From Mobula hypostoma (Eukaryota), in NCBI RefSeq assembly GCF_963921235.1, contig NC_086101.1, positions 15,748,001 through 15,812,000 of the forward strand: a DNA stretch of 64,000 bases, read 5' to 3'. The translations under genes were made by a program, and so were the position numbers. This document shows, one piece after another, positions 24,601-35,229 of the stretch. Positions within the stretch are counted from its first letter, which is position 1. The number at the start of each line of letters is the position of its first letter. Below the pieces are notes generated by a model that saw only the letters and a list, made by a program, of their open reading frames with translations, was not told the origin of the DNA and did not search any database.

Positions 24601-26045
24601 TCCACCCAATTTCAGGTTTCAAAACTGGGCAGTCAACATACGGTACCTTATGTTTTGGTTATACTACATTAATTGTGAAGACCGTCCGATTTGGGTTTCT
24701 TCAGAAGTTAGTTCTGTTAATAAATTTTCTATTATTTCTCTTCTTGGTTCTTCAATTCCTCTATCTTTAAGTAATTTAACTGATAATTATGTAGTTAAAC
24801 ATTCTTTGAGGATTTGGTTACGATTTAGAAAATCCTTTGGGTTATTTGGTTTTTCACTCTCGAGTCCCATTTTTTCTTATATTTTAAACCTTCTCTGACT
24901 GATGTAGTTTTGAAAGAGTGGAATAGTCCAGGTATTAAATGTTTTCAGGATCTGTTTGTTGAAGATAGTCTTTCCTCATGTGATCAACTATCTATTAAAT
25001 ATAATCTTCGTAAAGCTCACATTTTTTTTAGATATTTACAAATTAGAGACTTCTTGCGTTCTCAACTTCATACATCTCCTAAATGTCCAGATAAGAGTTT
25101 AATTGATACAATTTTTACTTTGAAACCTTTTCATAATGGATCTGTTTCTAATATTTGTAGTATGTTGTTGGCAATGAGAAAGATTCCATTAGACAAAATA
25201 AAAAACCTCTGGAAACAAGACCTACAGATTTCAATTGATGAAGATTCTTGGAATTGAAGTTTTAAACTTGTTCACACCTCTTCGTTATGTGCACGTCACT
25301 CTCTTTTGCAATTTAAAGTGGTTCATAGAGTTCTCTTGTTTTTACTCAGATTTTGCTCCATACTGTAATAGGTGTAAGGTCGAAGAGGCCTTTCTAATTC
25401 ATATGTTTTGGACCTGCCCGGGACTTGAAAAATTTTGGAAAGAAGTATTTCAAACTTTCTCGGAGCTTTTTAAAGTAAACTTTAAGCCCAACCTTCTGAC
25501 TGCCTTGTTTGGTATTTGTTAGAGGAAATGATTTTACTCTTAAGCTGAATGACTTGCATATTTTGGCTTTTATTTCTCTTTTGGCTAGAAGAGCTTTGTT
25601 GCTCAAATGGAAAGATGCTGCTCCGCCTACTCATGCCCATTGGTTGATTGATGTTATGTCATGTTTAAATCTAGAGAAAATTAGGTGTTCTATTTCTATA
25701 CCTAGGTAAGATCATTTCACATTATGGGGACATTTTGGAACTACTTTCACAATTTTCGATTTGTTCAGCAATGATGATGGCTATTATATGTTTGCATTTA
25801 AGACTGTATGCCAGAGATCTTTTTTCTTTACTTTTAACCAAACAGTTGTTTTCTCTCTCTCTTTTTTTTTGTTTTGTTATGGGGTTTTGATTTTACTTTA
25901 GATTAGAATAAAATATACCTTTTCAATATTATGGTTAATTTACCATACATAGTTATGGGACACTTCAATCTTGTTTCTGTTTCCATAATATCATAATGTA
26001 TTTTGTATTCGTCTTTGCAAGTAATTAATAAAAAAATTTAAAAAG
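21670..26045 (+). mobile_element. L1-clade LINE, 5'-truncated and degenerate (ORF1 C-terminus, T-rich spacer, APE-RT ORF2, A-rich tail)
   Basis: ORF 22625..22936 (LSLNVKGLN...IIFLQETH...DPNGRFVIV) is an APE endonuclease. RT segments PGPDGFSGEFYK, YRPISLLNVDAKILSK and SLDAEKAFDRVEW; Cys-rich HMFWTCP; A-rich end near 26030. Confidence 0.92.
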
Positions 26046-26249
26046 AAACCTGTGTCCTCTTGTGGCAACCATTTCTGCCCTGGGAAAAAGCCCTTGACTA
26101 TCCACACGATCAATGCCTCTCATCATCTTATACATCACTATCAGATCACCTCTCATCCTCCGTCGCTCTAAGGAGAAAAGGCCGAGTTCACTCAACCTAT
26201 TCTCATAAGGCATGCTCCCCAATCCAGGCAACATCCTTGTAAGCAACAC

Positions 26250-26740
26250 ACACAAAATGTTGGTGGAATGCAGCAGGCCAGGCAGCATCTATAGGAAGAA
26301 GCACAGTCGACGTTTTGCCCCCAGACACTTCATCAGGACTAACTGAAAGAAGAGATAGTAAGAGATTTGAAAGTGGGAGGGGGAGGGGCAGATCTGAAAT
26401 GATAGGAGAAGACAGGAGGGGGAGGAATGAAGCTAGGAGCTGGAAAGTTGATTAGCAAATGCGATACAGAGCAGGAGAAGGAGTAGGATCATGGGACGGG
26501 AAGCCTAGGGAGAATGAAAGGGGCAGGGGAGCCTAGAGAATGATGGAGAGCAGGCAAGTAGTGATTTTGAGAGGGACAGAGAGAGAAAAAAGCTAGAAAA
26601 GGGCAGGGGAGGGAGATAATAAATAAATAAATAAATAAATAAGGGATGGGGTAAGAAGGGAAGGAGGGGTACTTACGGAAGTTAGAGAAATCAATGTTCG
26701 TGCCATCAGGTTGGAGGCTACCCAGACCGAATATAACCAT
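26250..26740. mobile_element. Penelope-like terminal-repeat fragment (related fragments about 21230-21420, 34340-34500, 53170-53460)
   Basis: cagcaggccaggcagcatc motif and GSLQPDG.NIDFSNF C-terminus, matching the GIY-YIG elements elsewhere in the window. Confidence 0.65.
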
Positions 26741-28950
26741 ATACCATATAACTATATAACAATTACAGCACGGAAGCAGGCCATCTTGGCCCTTCTAGTC
26801 CGTGCTGAACTCTTACTCTCACATAGTCCTACCGACCTGCACTCAGCCCATAACCCTCCATTCCTTTCTTGACCATATAGCTATCCAATTTTACTTTAAA
26901 TGACAATATTGAACCTGCCTCTAACACTTCCGCTGGAAGCTCGTTCCACACAGCTACCACTCTCTGAGTAAAGAAGCTCCCCCTCATGTTACTCCTAAAC
27001 TTTAGCCCCCTAACTCTCAACTCATGTCCTCTTGTTTGAATCTCCCCTACTCTCAATGGAAAAAGCCTATCCACATCAACTCTATCTATACCCCTTATAA
27101 TTTGAAATACTCCTATTAAGTACCCCTTCAATCTCCTACGCTTCAAAGAATAAAGACCCAACTTGTTCAAGCTTTCTCTGTAACTTAGGTGCTAGTAAAT
27201 TTTCTCTGTACTCTCTCTATTTTGTTGAAATCTTTCCAATAATTCAATGACCAGAACTGTACAATTTTAACATTACATCTCAACTCCTATACTCAATGCT
27301 CTGATTTATAAAGGTCAGCATACCAACAGCTTTCTTCACCACCCTATCCACATGAGATTCCATCTTCAGGGAACTATGTACCATTATTCCTAGATCCCTC
27401 TGTTCTACAGCATTCTTCAATGCCCTACCATTTACCATGTATGTCCTATTTTGATTAGTCCTACCAAAATGTAGCACCTTGCATTTATCAGCATTAAACT
27501 CCATCTGCCATCTTTCTGCTCACTCTTCTGACTGGCCTAAATCTCTCTGCAAGCTTTGAAAACCTACTTCATTATCCACAATGTCACCTATCTTAGTATC
27601 ATCTACATACTTACTAATCCAATTTACCATCCCATCATCCAGATCATTAATGTATATGACAAACAACAATGGACACAGTACAGATCCCTGAGGCACACCA
27701 CTACACACCGTCCTCCAATCTGACAAACAGTTATCCAACACTGCTCTCTGGCATCTCCCATCCAGCCACTGCTGAATCCATTTCACTACTTCAATATTAA
27801 TGCCTAACGATTGAAGCTTCCTAACTACCCTTCCATGTGGAACCTTGTCAAAGGCCTTACTGAAGTCCACATAGACAACATCCACTGCTTTACTCTCGTC
27901 AACTCTATTAATAACCTCTTCGAAAAATTCAGTAAGATTTGTCAAACATGACCTTCCACGCACAAATCAGACTACAAATCTGTTCCTAATTAGACCCTGT
28001 CTATCCAGATAATTATATATACCATCTCTAAGAATACTTTCCATCAATTTACCCACCACTGACGTCAAATTCACAGGCCGATAATTGCTAGGTTTACTCT
28101 TAGAACCCTTTTTAAACAATGGAAAAACATGAGTAATTTGCCAATCCTCCGGCACCATCCCTGTTTCTAATGACATTTGAAATATTTCTGTCAGAGCCCC
28201 TACTATTTTCACACTAACTTCCCTCAAGGTCCTAGGGAATATCCTGTCAGGACCCGGAGACTTATGCACTTTTATTTTCCTTAAAAGCGCCAGTACTTCC
28301 TCTTCTTTAATCATCATAGTTTCCATAACTTCCCTACCTTTTTCCTTACCTTACACGATTCAAAGTCCTTCTCCTTAGTGAATACCGAAGAAAAGAAATT
28401 GTTCAAAATCTCCTCCATCTCTTTTGGTTCTGCACATAGCTGTCCACTCTGATTCTCTAAGGGACCAATTTTATCCCTCACTATCCTTTTGCTATTAATA
28501 TAACTGTAGAAACCCTTTGGATGTATTTTCACCTTCCTTGCCAAAGCAACCTCATATCTTCTTTTAGCTTTTCTAATTCCTTTCTTAATATTCTTTTTAC
28601 ATTCTTTATATTCCTTGAGCATCTCATTTACTCCATCCTGCCTATATTTATCGTAGATATCTCTCTTTTCCCGAACCAAGTTTCCTATATCCCTTGAAAA
28701 CCATGGCTCTCTCAAACTTTTAATTTTTCCTTTCAACCTCACAGGAACATAAAGATTCTGTACCCTCAAAATTTCACCTTTAAATTACCTCCATTTCTCT
28801 ATTACATTCTTTCCATAAAACAAATTGTCCCAATCCACTCCTTCTAAATCCTTTCACATCTCCTCAAAGTTAACCTTTCTCCAATCAAAAATCTCAACCC
28901 TGGGTCCAGACCTATCCTTCTCCATAATTATATTGACATTAATGGCATTG
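26740..28950 (-). mobile_element. CR1 LINE ORF2 fragment
   Basis: ORFs 26829..27170, 27280..27504, 27520..27963, 27967..28326 and 28314..28769 with CR1 RT motifs. Confidence 0.9.
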
Positions 28951-29650
28951 TGATATAAGGAGTTGTTCCTCCAACCTGAGTGTGGCTTCATCTTTACAGT
29001 AGAGGAGGCCATGGATAGACATATCAGAATGGGAATGGGACGTGGAATTAAAATGTGTGGCCACTGGGAGATCCTGCTTTCTCTGGTGGACAGAGCGTAG
29101 GTGTTCAGCGAAACGGTCTCCCAGTCTGCGTCGGGTCTCACCAATATATAGAATGCCACACCGGGAGCACTGGACGCAGTATATCACCCCAGCTGACTCA
29201 CAGGTGAAGTGTTGCCTCACCTGGAAGGACTGACTGGGGCCCTGAATGGTGGTGAGGGAGGAAGCGTAAGGGCAGGTCCACTTACAAGGATAAGTGCTGG
29301 GAGGGAGATCGGTGGAAGGGATGTGGGGGGGGGGCGGGCGAATAGACTAGGGAGTCATGTAGGGAGCGTTCCCTGCGGAAAGCAGAGCGGGGAGGGGAGA
29401 AGAAAAGATGTGCTTAGTGGTGGGATCCCGTTGGAGGTGGCGGAAGTTACGGAGAATAATATGTTGGACCCGGAGTCTGGTGGGGTGGTAGGTGAGGACT
29501 AGGGGAACCCTATTCCTAGTGGGGTGGCGGGAGGATGGAGCGTGAGCAGATGTGCGTGAAATGGGGAAGATGCGTTTGAGAGTAGAGTTGATGGTGGAGG
29601 AAGGGAAGCCCCTTTCTTTTAACAAGGAGGACATCTCCCTCGTCCTGGAA
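28950..29650 (-). mobile_element. Penelope-like element, GIY-YIG endonuclease region
   Basis: ORF 28939..29220 (FTCESAGVIYCVQCSRCGILYIGETRRRLGDRFAEH) and 29347..29634 (RVPLVLTYHP...NFRHLQRDPTTKHIF). Confidence 0.9.
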
Positions 29651-30189
29651 TTCCTCGTGTTTACGTCCCCGTGAAAGTATCCTGACTGGTTGCGTCATGG
29701 GCCCACTATGGCAATTGCAACACACAGGAATGCCAGAGGCTGCGGGGAGCTGTGCGTGCGGCTCGGTCCATCACGAACACAGCCTTCCGGCATCTACAGA
29801 AGGCTTGATGAAGGGAAATGCTCTTTCCGTCAATGATGCCTGACCTGCTGAATTCCTTCAGCATTTTGCATTTGTTCATTTACTGAAGCCGCTGCCTCAA
29901 GATTATGGCATCTTTCTTCTATTGTGTCTTTGTTTTCCTTTTGTAGCAAGGTCTTGCTTTTGCACTTGTCTTTTTTCAAATGAATGCTACACTTTTGTGC
30001 CAAATCTATGATTAATTTATATACAGTTTGCTGTCTGTACCTGCGTGCCAGTGATACCGCAGCAAGCATTTCCACTGTGCCTGTACCTCACCGCACTTGC
30101 ACACAACGCGTGACAATAAACTGGAGTTGAAGTCGGTGTCACTTTCTAAAAGTAACTGATGGCCCACTGAAGTCAGAGGCGTTTTTCCT

Positions 30190-30360
30190 TTTTGTAGCTT
30201 GTGGTAGCACTTACGCACTTTTTTTAAAAAACGAGGTCGAGTTGCTAGCTCGACGCTCAACCAGCATGGATGGAAAGCGTGCAAGGAGCTGGCCAGACTC
30301 GAACTCGAAACCATTTGCCTCGAAGTCCGGTGCTGATGCCACGACACCACTGACCTTGGA
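30190..30360 (-). mobile_element. tRNA-derived SINE
   Basis: Minus-strand A-box-like tggtgtcgtgg and B-box-like gagttcgagtc, followed by a non-tRNA body and A-rich tail. Confidence 0.55.
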
Positions 30361-30449
30361 GCCTTCCAAAGCACCCTCTAGGAACGGTGGAGGCAGAGTT
30401 CTTTCATGTTTTTAAGACCGAGGTGCATTGATTCTTGATGAGCAATCGC

Positions 30450-33400
30450 GTGGAATTGAACTTGCAGTCAAACTAAAAATTACTAGACTTACCTCTATTT
30501 TTCTAAGCTGCATGTACCTTTCCAAAAGTCTCTTAAAAGACCCTATCGTATCCGCCTCCACCACCGTTGCCGGCAGGCCATTCCATGCACTCACCACTCT
30601 CTAAGTAAAAAACTTACCCCTGACATTTGCTCTGTACCTACTCTCCAGCACCTTAAACCTGTGTCCTCTTGTGGCAACCATTTCAGCCCTGGGGAAGAGC
30701 CTCTGACTATCCACACAATCAATGCCTCTCATCATCTTATACACCTCTATCAGGTCACCTCTCATCCTCCATCGCTCCAAGGAGAAAAAGCCAAGTTCCC
30801 TCAACCTGTTTTCATAAGGCATGTTCCCCAAATCCAGGCAACATCCTTGTAAATCTCCTCTGCACCCTTTCTATGGTTTCCACATCCTTCCTGCAGTGAG
30901 GCGACCAGAACTGAGCACAGTACTCTAAATGTGGTCTGACCAGGGTCCTATATAGCTGCAACATTACCTCTCGGCTCCTTAATTGAATTCCACGATTGAT
31001 GAAGGGCAATACACTGTACGCCTTCTTAACCACAGACTCAACCTGCACAGCTGCTTTGAGTGGCCTATGGACTCGGACCCCAAGATCCCTCTGATCCTCC
31101 ATACTGCCAAGGGTCTTACCATTAATACTATATTCTGCCATCATATTTGACCTACCAAAATGAACTACTTCACACTTTTCTGGGTTGAACTCCATCTGCC
31201 ACTTCTCAGCCCAGTTTTGCATCCTATCAATGTCCCGCTGTAACATCTGAGAGCCCTCCACACTATCCACAGCACCTCCAATCTTTGTGTTATCAGAAAA
31301 CTTACTAACCCATCCCTCCACTTCCTCATTCAGGTCATTTATAAAAATCAAAAAGAGTAAGGGTCTCAGCACAGATCCCTGAGGCACACCACTGGTGATT
31401 GACCTCCATGTAGAATATGACCTGTCTACAACCACTCTTTGCCTTCTGTGGGCTAGCCAGTTCTGGATCCATAAAACAATGTCCCCTTGGATCCCATGCC
31501 TACTTACTTTCTCAATAAACCTTGCATGGGGTACCTTATCAAATGCCTTGCTGAAATCCATATACACTACATCTACTGCTCTTCCTTCATCAATGTGTTT
31601 AGTCACATCCTCAAAAAATTCAATCAGGCTCGTAAGGCATGGCTTGCCCTTAATAAAGCCATGCTGACTACTGCTAATCATATTATACCTCTCCAAATGT
31701 TCATAAATCCTGCCTCTCATAATCTTTTCCAACAACTTACCAACCACTGAGGTAAGACTCACTGGTCTAAAATTTCCTGGGCTATCTCTACTCTCTTTCT
31801 TGAATAAAGGATCAACATCCGTAACCCTCCAATCCTCTGGAACCTCTCCCGTCCCCATTGATGATGTAAAGACCATCGCCAGAGGCTCAGCAATCTCCTC
31901 CCTTGCCTTCCACATGAGCCTGGGGTACATCTCATCCAGTCCCGGCGACTTATCCAACTTGATGCTTTCCAAAAGCTCCAGCACATCCTCTTTCTTAATA
32001 TCTACATGCTCAAGCTTTTCAGTCTGCTGCAAGTCATCACTACAATCACCAGGATTTCCCACTTTCCCACTTGATAGGTCCTATTCTTTCACGTCTTATC
32101 CTCTTGCTCTTCACATACTTATAGAATGCCTTGGGGTTTTCCTTAATCCTGCCCACCAAGGTCTTCTCATGTCCCCTTCTGGCTTTCCTAATTTCATTCT
32201 GAAACTCCTTCCTATTAGACAATAGACAGTAGACAATAGGTGCAGGAGTAGGCCATTCGGCCCTTCAAGCCAGCACCACCATTCACTGTGATCATGGCTG
32301 ATCATTCATAATCAGTACCCTGTTGCTGACCTCCCCTTATCCCTTGACTCCGCTATCTTTAAGAGCTCTATCTAATTCTTTCTTGAAAGAATCCAGAGAA
32401 ATGGCTTCCACTGGCTTCTGAGGCAGAGCATTCCACAGAACCACAACCCTCTGTGAGAAAATGTTTTTCCTCAACTCCATTCTAAATGGTTTACCCCTCT
32501 GGTTCTGGACTCCCCTAACATCAAGAACATGTTTCCTCCCTCTAGCTATCTAATCCCTTAATAATCATATGTTTCAATCAGATGCCCTCTCATCCTTCTA
32601 AATCCCAGTGTCTACAAGCCCAGTCGCTCCAGTCTTTCAACATATGACAGTCCCGCCATCCCAGGAATTAACCTCATGAACCTACACTGCACTCCCTCCA
32701 TAGAAAGAATGTCCTTTCTCAAATTTGGAGACCAAAACTTCACACAATACTCCAGTTGGGGTCTCACCAGGGCCTTGTACAACTGCAGAAGGACCTCTTT
32801 GCTCCTATACTCAACTCCCCTTGTTATGAAGGCCAACATGACATTAGCTTTCTTCACTGCCTGCTGTACCTGTATGCTTACTATCAGTGACTGATGAACA
32901 AGGACACCCAGATCTCTTTGTACTTCCCCTTTTCCTAACTTGACACCATTCAGATAGTAATCTGCCTTCCTGTTCTTGCCACCAAAGTGGATAACCTCAC
33001 ATTTATCCACATTATACTGCATCTGTCATGCATCTGTCCACTTACACAACCTGTCCAAGTCACCCTGCATTCTCATAACATCCTCCTCACATTTCACACT
33101 GTCACCCAGCTTTGTGTCATCTGCAAATTTGCTAATGTTACTATTAGCCTCATAATTTTCTAGATCTCTAACATTACCCAGCTCTCGGAACCTTTTGTAA
33201 GCTTTTCTTTTCTTGTTGATTAGATTTATTACAGCCTTTGTACACCACGGTTCATGTACCCTACCATAACTTCCCTGTCTCATTGGAACGTACCTATGCA
33301 GAACTCCACACAACTATCCCCTGAATATTTGCCACAGTTCTTCCGTACTTTTCCCTGAGAACATCTGTTTCCAATTTAAGCCTCCAATATCCTGCCTGAT

Positions 33401-33545
33401 AGCCTCATAATTCCCCTTACTCCAATTAAACGCTTTTCTAACTTGTCTGTTTCTGTCTCTCCCCAATGCTACTATAAAGGAGATAGAATTATGATCACTA
33501 TCTCCAAAATGCTCTCTCACTGAGAGATCTGACACCTGACCAGGT
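30450..33545 (-). mobile_element. CR1 LINE with a second CR1 3' fragment (32219-33140) nested inside
   Basis: 416-aa RT ORF 30812..32062; nested ORF 32612..33022; ctattag duplicated at 32212-32218 and 33141-33147. Confidence 0.9.
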
Positions 33546-33617
33546 TCCCGCTTTTCTCGCGCTGCCTATTGCCTTCTCCCCCAAGCTGTAGCCATAAAGG
33601 AACAGAAAGCTACTTAC

Positions 33618-33660
33618 CGGAGGAGACGGTCAGGAGCCACAGAATGGCGCCCACCTCCAT
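33618..33660 (-). CDS. NCR3: Signal-peptide exon MEVGAILWLLTVSS(G) of the NCR3-like gene
   Basis: ATG in strong context (acgATGG), 14 codons + 1 nt, donor CCG|gtaagt, upstream acceptor ctcctctgctttag before 33670. Joined to the 20200 exon it reads MEVGAILWLLTVSSGIGA-EKFVVSQ, a plausible cleavable signal peptide. Confidence 0.8.
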
Positions 33661-34036
33661 CGTTACTCCACTAAAGCAGAGGAGATATTTAGTGTTCGCT
33701 ACTTCTCCCTTCTTACAGCCGAGTTCCCTCCTCGTGCAACCTGTTGGAAAATTGGGAGGGTTTAAGTACTGTCCACTGGATTTTTCCAATTGATTTCCGA
33801 ATCACTGGAACGAGCTGGATACACCATCAGGAGAGTCACAAAGAGATTAGAAGCGGGGGAACCGTGACAGTAAGCGTTTCATTGCTATTAGGGTCGTTCA
33901 GCGATAAGCCACGGCCTCTTCTTGGTACGATCGCCTTTCTGGACTGATTGATTCCAAACACGGAGTCTCACGTTCAGATCCCTCTCCGCGCAGCGCGGAG
34001 GCAGGCTATTCAGCTCACGCTGCACCCTACACTTAC

Positions 34037-34067
34037 CGGCGCTGACTGGGGTAAACACTCTGCCCAT
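34037..34067 (-). other. Putative upstream 5' exon (3' part shown) containing a uATG, MGRVFTPVSA
   Basis: Consensus donor CCG|gtaagt at 34036, about 370 nt upstream of the leader-exon acceptor. The exon start cannot be determined. Confidence 0.45.
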
Positions 34068-35229
34068 CTTCCCTTTCAGTCCTCCCGCAATTCTCACGCA
34101 CACTTGAGACAATTCCCAGATCCAATACACAAATCGTAGGGACGCAGAATGAAGCCGGAGCACCCAGGGGTGGGGGGAGTGTGGGGAGCCTACACGGCTG
34201 GTGCACCCGCAGGGTAACAGGTGGAATATGCAAACTCCACCCACACACTGCACCATAGGTCGTGGTCGAACCCGTGGTCGCAGGAGCTGCGAGAAAACAG
34301 CGCTGACAGTTGCCTTAATGTCTCTACAGATCAGATTGAAGTGGTTAATGTCTCGGCCTGAAACGTCGACTACATTTTTTTTAACAATCGGTGGTGCCCG
34401 GCTTGCCCAGTTCCTCCAACATTTTGTGTGTGCAGTTTGGATTTCCAGCAATTGCAGATTTTCTCTTGTTTGTGTTAGCAAACGGAACTGCCCTATCTTT
34501 AGTAAATAGGTTTCTTGCATTTGACTTCAATCCCCACAACAACGTGTAACTTTAACTGAAGAGGTTAAATATTTGGTAACAAGTCACCTCTGCTGAAGGG
34601 ACTTGTGTCCATTCTGGGACAGCTCAGTTACCTTTGCGTTCCACCGGACGCTCAGCTCTCAACCGTGTCTCCGAGCACCTGTTTGCATGTGACAGCGGGC
34701 ACTCCCCGGTACTCCGCTACGACAGGCGGGCTAAGCCAGGTGAAGGGGGCGAGCGGACCTCATTACCCGGGTGAGATAGGCACGTCCCTGTCTTAGTTTG
34801 CAAACGAAACTCCGCCAGACTGGACAGATGTGATCAACAGTGAGATCCACCAGCCAGGAAGGCGGTTCTGCGACTCTTCGTGGAGAGCGAAGGGCATGGC
34901 AGGGCACTGAAGAAGCCATCCACTGCAACAAAGGAAGACCCCAGTTTGTGACGACAACTTGTGCCACTGAACCCGCACGTCCGAGGGCGAGAGTGTGGAA
35001 TTGTCCCAGTGCAACGGCTTTTCCACGTTAAAAACCCCACACAACCCCAACATTATTGTTACGCCGGACAAACACCAACAAACCAACCTCTGATCGAAAA
35101 GATAAAACAGTTAAGAGAGTATATTGTAGATGTTGGAAATCTGAAATCAAAGCAGAAAGTGCTTTAAAAATCCGGCAGGTCAAGCAGCAAGTGTGCAGTC
35201 TGGTAAATAAAATTGAAGATCTCAGAGCT

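Larger units (their letters stand above)
2173..34067 (-). other. NCR3: NCR3 (NKp30)-family immunoglobulin-superfamily gene model: putative 5' exon, leader exon, 5 VJ-type V exons; 3' end (TM/tail) not found in window
   Basis: Canonical GT-AG sites and compatible phases for leader (ends phase 1) and all V exons (phase 1-1). V domains carry EV(S/T)N(G/E)TAE(Y/F)xxR, resembling human NKp30 EVRNGTPEFRGRL. Family assignment only; orthology not proven. Confidence 0.75.
33540..35060 (-). promoter_or_regulatory. CpG-enriched, largely non-repetitive region around the leader and 5' exon; candidate promoter
   Basis: Visibly CpG-rich compared with the surroundings; E-boxes (cacctg, caggtg) and a 7/8 octamer-like gtttgcat near 34680. 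Motif function is inference. Confidence 0.4.

Noticed and set aside
30812-32062. 416-aa RT ORF as an active retrotransposon or host gene
   Set aside because: It is a partial CR1 ORF2 without an endonuclease, frameshifted at the 3' end and interrupted upstream by another CR1.
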